A stretch of 64,000 nt of DNA from assembly GCF_000315625.1 (NCBI RefSeq), contig NW_005434647.1, forward strand, positions 675,807 to 739,806, read 5' to 3'. Below, piece by piece: positions 1 through 13,179 of the stretch (the first letter of the stretch is position 1; each line of letters opens with the position of its first letter). The stretch comes from Guillardia theta CCMP2712 (taxonomy: Eukaryota > Protista > Cryptophyta). A program made the position numbers and the translations under genes. The notes beneath the pieces are model-generated. The model ran no database searches and had not been told where the DNA came from. It saw only the letters and a program-made list of their open reading frames with translations.

Positions 1-2267
<2,267 letters not shown>

Positions 2268-2789
2268 AGCTCTTCTTCTCCTTTCGCCATCGCGCTGAAC
2301 CATCTACAGATCTCCTTCTTCACTCCCTCCTCGACCCAACAGGACTTCTCCCATGGTGTGGACGGCTGCTGCAGCGGCTCCTCGTCCTCGTCTTCGTCCT
2401 CGTCCTCGTCGTCCTCTCCTCCTCCTCCTCCTCCTCCTCCTCCTCCTCCTCCTCCTCCTCTTCCATGGCGTTTGCATTCCACTTCCCCATTCTCGCCCTC
2501 CCTTCCCCTCATACCTCTCTGGCACATCCACTCCTTTTTCTTTCTAGACTCTCCTGCTGCTTCTTCCTTGCTTCCTCTCCCTTGCTTCTCTTCTCCTCCT
2601 TCGCTCATTCAGTCCGCAGATGCTCGGCGTGCGAGGCGGAAACTTCGGCGGGATGGGATCTTTTGGAACTCCGGGCTCCTTTCGGTGAGAAGGAAGTAGA
2701 ATAGACAGGAAGTAGAGATAGAAGAAGGAGAATGAGAGGAGAAGGAGGAGGAGGAGTAGGAGGAGGAGAATGAGAGTAGGAGGAGATAT

Positions 2790-3480
2790 GGTTTGAAGGT
2801 TTTCCTGGCCTTCTTTATACCTTGTGAATATTAACTTGTTGATATAAACATGAAGCTCTTTCCCTCGTCTCGCGGCCCCCTCGAACAAAGTCTTACACAT
2901 CTCAACAGCTTTGTGATGCTCGATAAACATAGCACTCATTGTTTGCCTTGTATCCACCTGTCGTTCGTGCTGTTATCAGTCTTCACAACCGACATCTCCT
3001 CAGCTGATTGATGTTAACTTCGTTTTACATCTCCCGTTTCACTTGAAGGTTTTACTCAAGATTCTGTATGTACAGCCGATAACAGTACCAAAGAAGTCCT
3101 TCATTGTTCTGCTCTTCTCGATCTTGGATCATGTCGTCGACACTATGTTCTAACCCTAATTCGTCATAACATCTTCAAGCGTGTAAACCTACAACTCATC
3201 GTTTGTATCTGTGTTCATGAAACCGTCGTTTTCAAATGCTATGCTGCTCAAACACAATCGCAGTCTCACACAGGAGAGTATGCAAATGTTGTTGGCATTA
3301 AACGATCAACGAGTGATTGACTTGTATCATGATCTTTAGTTGCATCTCCTTCAGGTTTGTTCAGTAGTGGAGCTGCTCATTCAAACTGTTCTCAACACTT
3401 GATCCTATCGGATAAGACGATAAATGTCTGCATAGACACGACAACATTCTAACACTGTTGACTAAGTGTTTATCTCATGT
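2790..3480 (-). pseudogene. Decayed coding-like relic of unknown origin
   Basis: AT-richer, complex sequence. The minus strand gives protein-like stretches (DTRQTMSAMFIEHHKAVEMCKTLFEG...) broken by many stops. No family recognised. Confidence 0.25.
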
Positions 3481-3584
3481 TAAAATCAACACGACAAAGG
3501 AATAAGGATTCAAGCGCTCTGTGAGCAAATAATAAACAGAAATGCACAGAAGGTGACATGAGATTGCCTTCAAAGTGATGCTGA

Positions 3585-3672
<88 letters not shown>
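3585..3672. repeat. (CTCCTG)n hexanucleotide microsatellite
   Basis: About 14 perfect units visible. Confidence 0.95.
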
Positions 3673-4625
3673 CCTTGTGATGGGATAAGTCAGCACAGCG
3701 CTATGACAGATTCGTATTGAACTCCCTAATCCAACATGTCCGGAGGGACCGTAAAATCTCTACTTGTTCCTGCTCCTCCTGCTCCTCCTGCTCCTCTTCC
3801 AGTATTGCTATGCTCAAACAGTTTCATATTTAATGCACAAACAAGGCAGGACTGACGAACGCACGACGAACACGTCACGGCATCTCCTCTTCCTGCTTCT
3901 CCTCTGTCCCTCTATTCGCCGCTTTCTCTCTCCTCCGTCGACTTCTTCCTTCTAGCGTCACTCTTCTATCCATCGAGCTATATCCATCCTCATTCTACGG
4001 ACTACCACCAAGGCACGAGGCCACAACTACACTTCTGTCGACCCACTTTACTGCGCAATGCAGTACCTTCGCTCATGTTGAACCTTAGCATGCAGTACTA
4101 CCATTATGTAAGATACTCACATTGACTAGGGTGTTTACAATACTTGATTTTTCCTACTGTTCGTAACATCGCCACACTGCCGCATTCCACGTCTACCAGG
4201 GTATACATAGTTTGTTACTGTCAAGATACAGATGTTAACAAGATGAAAACTCAGGTCTCTGACTTCGGCATTTCCTTTTGCACATGGTGGTATTTCAAGT
4301 TCTGCATTTCTCCCTGTACTCCTAGGACGCGACAGGTATATATACCTTGTTCCTTCCAACCCCCTCCTCCCCCTCGCCCACCTCCCTCCCCTCCCTCGTC
4401 CAAATCTTCCACACGATACACACTGGCGTTCGTGCTCCTCGTGCTCCTCGTTCTCCTCCTCCTCCTCCTCCACCTCCTCCTCCACCACCTCCACCTCCTC
4501 CACCACCACCTCCTCCTCCTCCTCCTCCACCACCTCCACCTCCACCACCTCCTCCTCCTCCTCCTCCTCCTCCTCCCTCCTCCCTCCTCCCACGACTTCC
4601 TCCTCCTCATCCCCTCCTCGTCCTC

Positions 4626-4679
<54 letters not shown>

Positions 4680-5491
4680 CTCCTCCTCCTCCTCCTCCTG
4701 TTTCGTAACTTTTTCTATTCCTCTTCTAAATTCCTCTCTATTACCGCACATGTCCGTTCTTGGTACACCACCGAAGATTCTAGAACTTTCTTTGTTTTTT
4801 TTGATTTTTAGATCAACGTGACACCTGCACGAGAGTTTACGACTTTTTTCCAAAGCGCGTGCTAGCTTTACCACCACCCTTTGATACATATGGTTAGGGA
4901 CGGGTAGTCAATTAGACTGCCGTGATATCCACGTGACCAGAATGAACATCTCCGCGCAACAAACAACGATCAGTACAACAAGAAAATTGAACCCACCCCT
5001 TTGTCAAACATTTAAACGGGTAAGCACCGGTCCTTTTATGAATTCTTGTCAGCAGCTTTAACCATGCCCGTTCCCACATGCAAAGGGTTTTGCTCCATGT
5101 CAGCAAAGGAAATCTTCAGCTCAAGTAAACTCGGAGGTCACGAGGTCCCATCTAACCTTTTTGCTGATCTCGAGATTGCTCACGTCCCTCCCGCTCAGAG
5201 TTCCATGCAGTCGCGGTCGCCTCTCCTCCCTGCCTCCCTGCCCCTCCCTTCCACAAGCTGCCTTGCGATCTCCTCAACTCATTGTTGCAGCAACAACTGA
5301 CTGTGCTGAGCGATAGTTCATTTCGTTTCTGTATAATGATGTGTTGAATTCCTTATACTCATGTTGTCTTCAACAGACTTGATCCACATCGCTGTGTTGT
5401 GAGTGACTCGCTCTAGCATGTCATGGATGGCCTTTTCAGCTTTTCCTTGCTCTTGCATTGGCCAATATGATCATTTTTGCTTTTGCGGTGC

Positions 5492-5551
5492 TGTGTTGCG
5501 AAAGTGAATTTTTTTCCTTGTGTGTTGCGAAAGTGAATTTTTTTCCTTGTG
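5492..5551. repeat. Two-copy ~29 bp direct tandem repeat (tgtgttgcgaaagtgaatttttttccttg)
   Basis: Directly visible. Confidence 0.85.
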
Positions 5552-7410
5552 CAACCGTGACAGCAGATAAATGTTCTGCTCTTGTCTGGGTTGAATTTGG
5601 TATCACACTTCAAACAAATATCACACACTGCTTTCTATCTGAATTTTGATTCCTATATGCATCCCGCTGTCTGTCATCTTTTGTATCAATGCACTCTCCG
5701 TACGATCCCTCTCCCTGTCGTTGCTGGAGCGAGGGGGCCATCTTCGTGTAGCATGTTTTTTTTTTTCCGTCCCCAACCCATCGGTGTGACAAGGAAGCTG
5801 TGATGTATTCAAGGGGGCCGATGATAACTATTTCTGTTTTGCTTCCTTGTCATTTATATGTTTCCACGAAAATGAGGGTCAAGTTCAATGGATCAGCTCC
5901 TATGGCTTATCTCGCTGTCACTTGTTCCCCCAATCAAATCCTTGCCTATCATTCCACAACATGGTGTATATTAGAGCATGGCTCTTGTTTATCTCCTGCT
6001 CTCCTTCAATTTCTCTTCATCGGTTTCCCCTTCCCTCCTCCCTCCCCCCTCCCCCCTCCCCCCTCCCCCCTCCTCCCTCCTCCCTTCTCCCTCCTTCCTC
6101 CCTTCTTCCCTACCCGCCTCCCTTCTCGTTCCCCCTCGGCACTGGTTTGTATCGTTTGTATCCACTCTATCTCAGGCCCATGACTTTGCATGTGATCAAT
6201 TTGATGCTGACCATGATGACTCTACCCCGAGATCAACAACTCCTTTAAGCGGAATTGAAATCGTGTTATTTCGAGTATTCCAATGTTCTCTCTTCCAAAA
6301 TGGGAGGCATAGAATCAATTCGAAGCGTTTGCTCTCGTCAGCGCGTCAGGTCACGAGGACAGACTGTTTACCACTCAAGGGGTCATCACGGTTACACCTC
6401 TCCTCCCTACCCCTTCCTTTACTCATTTATGCCCTCTGTACCCTCACCACCACCCGGTACTTTGAGGACCCCCACCCGCACATTTCCCTTTTACCCCTTG
6501 GTTAATCTGCTGGAACTACCCCTACCCCACCAATTCCCCTTGTGACCCCCTTCCCCCGGGCGGGGTGTTCTTTTAATCTGACCCCCACGGTCCTCCCTCG
6601 CTCCAGGCATGCAGGGATAAGCAGACATGACGGCGATATTCCATGCGCCGCTTACCCTCCATGCTCCTGCTGCTCCCCGCCCTCGTTCTCTCTGCTTCAT
6701 CTCCTCCTCCTACATCCTTTCATCTCCCCCTCCTGCTTACTCATCACGTGTGTCTCCTCAGTTCATAACTTGCCTTTCAACAGACTGACCAGTCTGAGCC
6801 TAATGATATTCGTACTGATTTGCAGCATACACTCCATTGTCATGCATCTGAATTCATTTTTTGTTGTCTTATGGATGTAAGAGAAGTGCTTCATTCCTTT
6901 GTTTTTCAGTTTTTGTATGATGAGCACGGTCGTCCTTTGTAGTCACAGACGAACAAACTTGTAGTTGCCTACAAACGTACTTGCGTGTTAGACGGGAATG
7001 CGATGATTACATTTGTTTGCATACAATAAGGCACTGTTATCTGACTTATATGGTCAAACTAGCCTATGTTGGAAGTCTTTGTTTTCAGAGAAAGTTTCCT
7101 ATCGTGAGCATTGCTGCGGTTTTCAAACACAACCCCCGCGTTTGCACCACAAATCACCCGCGTGTATGTGTCCCTGTACAGATGCTGCTCCTGTGATAGT
7201 TTGATCATGATAGGAAGTGTGGTTTCTTGGTAGAGACCTCTAGCATCTGTAGCTGTGATTGCCATGAGAACAGGGCATGGTGGGCGTGTAGCACTGACTC
7301 TGTCTTGACCTGCAGGGTGTGGATACTCCCAACCATCAATCGGGTCTTGAGCGCTGCAGGAGGGAACACGAAACGTCCGGACGGAGGAGATGGGCGGACA
7401 AGGAGCATAG

Positions 7411-8745
7411 ATGGATGCCCGACATATTCGCAATGCTGCGCAGAAGGCTGGAAGGTACAGGACCAAGCAGCTCTGCGCCCAACTAGAAGAGCTTGTCCCT
7501 AAGGCCCAAAGGAGGGGCGAACACACCTTGAGTAGACGTCCAGCTGCGCGAACCTTTGCACAGCTGCTGGAAGATCTTGTCAAGCATGTTGCGCAGCTGA
7601 AGGAGGATGTCACTGTGGTGAAGGAGGAGGCGGCAAAGCGAGAGCCTGTCAAACCTCAGGAGCCTGTCAAAGAGAAGACAATCACTCCTAGCGTGCTGGG
7701 GGAGGGGCTCCTGACAGGCCGAGAGCTGCACATCATGATTCTGCAGCTGAACTCGTCCTCCTCCTCCTCCTTCCCCGACTGGAGAGTGGAGAGTATGAGC
7801 TGGTCGTTGGAGCAGTGGTGGAAGCTGTCGAGCTTCATGTGCAGAGGCGACGGCAGCCGGTTCGCGCACCTGGTGCATCCTAGGGATCTGCGTATCCTCA
7901 AGGCTTTTGAGTCGAACCTCGAGTCACTCTCTGGAGCCCTCCCTCCCTCCATGACAGCTCGAGTGCTTTTGCCGACCAAGCTGGGGTTCAAGGTGGAGCC
8001 GATCGACTTCGTCCCCATCCACCTGAGTAGGGCAGGGCTGGCCTCGTTCTTTCTCAACCCCAAGTCACCCGTGGAGGCCGACGAGAACGCGATAGGGGAG
8101 GAGGAGCTACGGCAGTTCGTGGGGAGTTTCGGAGGTATCTACAAGGAGGACGATCTATGTTCCACCTGCACTCCGCGAGACATCGACAGACACATGCAGG
8201 AAGTGACGGGGAGCGATCACGTGTCCTCTATCTTCTCCTCCACTGTCTTGCAGTCGGTGGTCAGGACGGAGGAGGCGCTTGAGGCTCTCAGGGAGGCGGA
8301 GAGGAGGTTCGGGGTCGAGAGCAAGGCTCACCTGTGCAAGCTGGTGGAGACGCGGTATTCCTTCGACGTGGAGGAGGAGGGGTGTATCTCTTGCACAGTC
8401 TACGCGAGGATGTGCATGCGGCGCCTGCTCGACAGCTTCAGGTCTTCATGGCACAAGATCGGAGAGTTCAAGGCGGACGGGAAGCCGGTCCAGACTCTGT
8501 CCTCCAACATGGTTGAGGTGTCGCTACTGGCATGCTGCAGGCCAGAGGAGGGGGAGTTGCTGTTTCTGGAGACGCACACGAAGAAGGGGAAGGAGAGGGA
8601 ATGTGTACATACAAGGATGGTGTGCTTTAAGCAGGAGAGGATAAGCATGTTTGGGAACCTCCTCAAGAAGGATGGTCAAAGTTTTCAGTTCGAGTATGTG
8701 CAGCGAAGAGTGGGAGATCTTGACGAGGTCGATGAGATGGCGTGA
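7411..8745 (+). CDS. bHLH-like protein with a downstream PAS-like segment; single long exon, 444 aa
   Basis: N-terminus RHIRNAAQKAGRYRTKQLCAQLEELVP...RTFAQLLEDLVKHVAQLKE fits the basic-helix-loop-helix pattern. RFAHLVHPRDL resembles the PAS 'LVHPxD' motif. Confidence 0.65.
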   Translation: MDARHIRNAAQKAGRYRTKQLCAQLEELVPKAQRRGEHTLSRRPAARTFAQLLEDLVKHVAQLKEDVTVVKEEAAKREPVKPQEPVKEKTITPSVLGEGLLTGRELHIMILQLNSSSSSSFPDWRVESMSWSLEQWWKLSSFMCRGDGSRFAHLVHPRDLRILKAFESNLESLSGALPPSMTARVLLPTKLGFKVEPIDFVPIHLSRAGLASFFLNPKSPVEADENAIGEEELRQFVGSFGGIYKEDDLCSTCTPRDIDRHMQEVTGSDHVSSIFSSTVLQSVVRTEEALEALREAERRFGVESKAHLCKLVETRYSFDVEEEGCISCTVYARMCMRRLLDSFRSSWHKIGEFKADGKPVQTLSSNMVEVSLLACCRPEEGELLFLETHTKKGKERECVHTRMVCFKQERISMFGNLLKKDGQSFQFEYVQRRVGDLDEVDEMA

Positions 8746-8872
8746 GGGTTTTCATGATGATTCTGATGATAAAATCTCTTTAATGTAGACTGACCTGCTA
8801 CGGGAGACTTCCTCCTCCTCCTCCTCCTCCTCTTCCTTCTCCGCTGCTAGGCTCTTCGTCCTGATTCCTCTC

Positions 8873-11800
8873 TTAGAGGAAGACAACAACAGCGGAGATG
8901 TCGTCGATCCTGCCCTTAGCAAGGCCCTCCCACACCTGCACCCACCAGATAAGTCGAGAAGAGGAACGGGAGCATTGAGAGCAGCCCTAGGGAGAAGAAG
9001 GAGCTGGAGGTAGACGTAGCAGTGGTGCGGAAGATGTTGATGGAGATGAAGCCACAGGAGAGGAGGAGGAGAAGAAAGAGGAGGAGAGGTGGAAGAGGAA
9101 GGAGAGAAGAAAGGAGAGGAGAGGAGGAGAGCGGATAAGGACCTGACGGGCCTTGAGCACGAGCTCGTTGGCTGCCTTGTTGGCATCGCGAGTTTGTCGG
9201 TGCTTAGCGCAGATCTCAACGGCGATCTCGTTGCCAACAGCGTTCCAAACTCCATCCGACGCGAGGATCAGCACAAAGTCCTGTATGCTTGTCAACCTCT
9301 CCTTCCCTTCACCTCCCCTCTCCTCCCCTCGCTAACTGTATCGTCTTCGCCTCTCCCCCCTCTCTCCTCCACTGTATCCTCCTCCTCTCCGTGCTTCCCC
9401 TCCCCTCCTTTCCCGCGCGAACATTCCTCCCGCTTGATCGTTCGCACCATCCCCTTCCTCCTCTCGCTCCTCGTCCCTTCCTAACCGCCTCACCTGCCCA
9501 CTTCTCAGCTTCCATCCGATGAACTGAGGATCAACTGTAACTCCGTACTGCTTCGCATCGCCGTCCCCGAAGGCTCTGGGAAACAAACTCATTCTCTTGC
9601 TCTCTCCCTCCTCCTCGTCTCCTCCTCGTCTCTCCCCCGCCCCGGCTCTTTGCTCCTTGCTGCTTCTGCTTGTTCCTTATCCTCTCCTTCTGCTACCCTG
9701 TGCCCTGCAGCTCTCGCCTCTCCCTCTCCTCAAGCCTCTCCAAGCTTGTCGGCGGCTCCCCGTGCCCTCCCTCACCTGGCTACGGCGAGGCCTGGGAACT
9801 CCTGGCCCTTGGCGTAAACGCGCCCTCCAACGCCCTCCCCTCGCACTTCTCCTCCTGCCTTCTCGATCCTCGCAGTTTCTTCCAACGAGCGGTCAGAGGC
9901 CAACAAGTGGCAGCGATGGCATGAAAGGAGCGAGGAGAGGGAACGAGTCCTTAGAGGGAGAGAAAGATAAGGAGAAGAAAGAAGATCAGAGAAAGAGGAG
10001 AGAAGGCGAGGAGGAGAGGAAGAGAGGAGAGGGGGACGGAATGATCCATGTTTCTCACCAGCAGGAACTTTGGGCGACTGATCGAGGGTAACAGGCTGAG
10101 CGCCTACAAACGTCCGGTCAGTTGCAGTATGGGGGGCGAGGAGTTGAAGTATGAGGAGGAGGAGGAGGAGGAGAAGGAGGAGAAGGAGGAGGAAAGAAAT
10201 GTGAAGAGTTCTGCTTTGACTCACCAAGACTTCCATCTCCTGTGTCAACTCCAAGCACAACACGAGAGTCTCCCAACCCTCCAACCTTGCAAGCACGTCA
10301 AATCAAACACTCTCGTACATATAAATGCATCTCTGTTAATGAAGAGACCCCAATGTATCGAAAAAAAAATGGTGCATATCATTTCAAATATCTTCTCGAT
10401 GTTAAAACAACAACAAAACATCGTGACAAATCACAAAGCAACATGATACGCAAAAAATATCTCCATACCAGCAGCAAATCATCCTTGACGAGAGCAAGAG
10501 CGCAAGTTGTTCCACTGTCTTCGATCACAGGGTAACCAAGCTCTTCGGTCTGTTGAAAATGATGTCAGCCTGCGGCATCGAACCAACCGCGAACATCAGC
10601 AGCGGCTCCAACAAATCCCCAGCTGGCATCTCCATAACAAAGAAAATCACCAGTAGAGCATCAGCAGCACGATAGGCGTCAGTGATCCTGTTGAGAAGTT
10701 GTCCGGGCCTTCCCTCGGCAACAGCTCCTGCCAACTGCAGATGAGAAGATTGAAGACTTTCATCTGCCTCCTCCATGGCCCTTCGACAGTCCTAGAGGAA
10801 GAGGAGGATAGGAGAGGAGAGGAGGAGAGCATAGAGGAAGAGGAGGGGAAAGGGCAGGAGGGGAGGACGAGGTGATCCTAACCCCTCCTCTTCCCGTCCG
10901 CCTCATCATCGGGCATGCCTCTACTTCGCCTCCTCCCTTTCATCTCACAGCACCTGCGATGTAGCTCGGAAGCGTTCGGATGGCCCAGTCCGTCACCTGC
11001 CGGCCTTGAGTTCAAGTGTGCCCCCCCTCAACTCCTCGCACGCACCAGCTTCCCGTACTCGCCATGGCCGTCGAAGACGCAGAACATGCTCACTCCGTCG
11101 CCGACGTCGGGGATCTGAAGAACTCCGTCCTGATGAAACCCTTCGTCAACCCCTAGCTCCTACCTCATGGATGTACTGCCTCCCACATTCTCAAATCCCC
11201 GCTGCTATCTTCCTTCTGTTCATTCCCTCCTCTCTCAGTCCCGGCGTCAAGATCTCCTCTTCTTCTTCCACATCGAAAGTAGACAACCACATCTCATCAC
11301 TGTTCGACGTCTGAAACCTCAACGATACTCCCGCTCCTCAACTCAATCCGCCGCCTCCTCGTCCTCGCACCTGGTTCTCCTTGTTGGAGACTGGGGCCTT
11401 GGAAGATGCAACGGGCGACTGCATCCACTTGGGGAGGCCAGCGAACGGGTTGTTCTGAGCCTTCGACGATTCCCTCATGGCAGTGTTGGACGCTATCAGG
11501 TAGGAAGAGCCATGGTGAGGTGGCAGCAGCAGCAGCAGCATCGTTGCCGCACCTGCAGTTCTCCCAGCAAGGGAGTAGGAGCCGTACGAGATCGGGCGGG
11601 GAGCTTGCTTGCCGTCGAAGCTGAAGGCCTTCATGCCGTCCCTCTCGATCCATCCCTCGTACTGACCCCATGTCAGAAGAAGCACCATGCGGCTCGCCAA
11701 AGCAGCACCTGGTTTAGGTCCGCCGAGTTTCCAGGGATGGAAGTCTCAAACGCCTGCACACGCTCGTTTACGCTGCTCCCAATCAGTCAACTCAGCCACC

Positions 11801-12017
11801 TTGACGAAGTTGTCGAATAGTCCCATGCGCACGCTGGGGGTTTGGGCACGGCCCCTTCGTGGGGAGCAGCTGAGCTTTGCTTGAGGCGCGGCATGGCGCA
11901 GAGCGATGGGAGAGGAGAATCCGGAGACGGAGGCGACGCCAACGGCGAAGACAACTACCCTCTGCGACAAGAGCCACCATGATCAGTGGGATGAATCACG
12001 TTCGAGCAGGCCGCCAT
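8873..12017 (-). CDS. PP2C/PPM protein phosphatase with bipartite plastid-targeting leader; multi-exon
   Basis: Motifs occur in order on the minus strand: KENQ, MFCVFDGHG, DSGTT, GDSR, ARIEKAGG...PGLAVAR|AFGD, LILASDGVW, IDDISAVVVFL*. The leader reads MAACSN|RVVVFAVGVASVSG-FSSPIALR...VRMGLF after removing a 38-nt intron. Confidence 0.9.
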
Positions 12018-13179
12018 GCTGTTGTCACAGCCCGGAAGACATGGGTGGTCATCACAAATGCGCAGACGAGGACTGAAACACAAAGCATGCTAGTGGGAGT
12101 GAGAATGAGCATGAGATACTGAGTTATGAGGTATGCCAAAACACATTTAGTCAAAGAAGAGGAAGAGGGAAGGTCTGCATGCAAGAAACGAGGGAGAGGT
12201 TTGGATTCGACGTGTGGAGGGGGTAAGGAGAGCAAGGAGGGAAGAAAGACGACGAGGGACGACGAGGACGACGAGAGCAATGAGGAGGATGGCGAAGAGG
12301 AGGAGGGGGGGGGGGGGGGGGAGGAGGAGATCGGCGAGGACAGGGAGGCAGGAAGGCAGAGTATCTTCGGCTGCTCACCAGCATTGCTGAAAGAATCCCT
12401 GCAGGGGGTGGGGTAGCAATTACTGAAGTACGGGTACTACAAAGCTCTTGAAAGTGGGTAGGGGGTGAGAGGGGCCTGGACTTTTAAGGGATTGGGGGGG
12501 TGGTTGTAAGACGGTAATAAGAACCGGTGAGGGCGACCGCAGTGTGTATTCAAGGGGGTGGTCAAGTAGCGGTGGTATGATGTACCCCTTGATGCCCACT
12601 TTTGAGTTTATATACCCCGTCAAAATACCAGAAGCCATGGATTATACAAGGGTATGGTTATATACCCTACCTGGTCAACAAGCCAATCTTTATTGGAGTA
12701 CCCCTCCCTTCCATCACCCATCCTTGCCTGAAAGGGGGGCACTAAAATAAAAACCCTCAAGGTTTTGCGTATGTGTAACCATAATGATGGCAGACCAAAT
12801 GTTCCCGGGGCCCGGGCCGGGAAGCTGGCCGGGAAGAACTCTCAGTGACAATTGGTGGTCTACCGGTTTACGCGGCTACAGCACAGGTGGGGGAGAAAGG
12901 CTTCAAAAATGCACAAAAGCAAATGAGGGCGGATGAAATGCTGAGCGTGCGAGGGAGGAGGAGGAGCTGAAGGTGTAGAGAGGACAGAGATGGAGACAGA
13001 GATCAAGACGGAGATGCAGATGCAGATGCAGATGATGGCAGAGACGGAGATTATGCTGTAAGAGTCCTTGAAAGATTGTGCGAGGTACTTGGTAGAAGAA
13101 GAGAGCAGAGAAGGAACACAGCACAGCTAGATCGCGTGCTTCCTGAGCAGCTTCTGCTGACAATAGAAATCGTCTGGAC

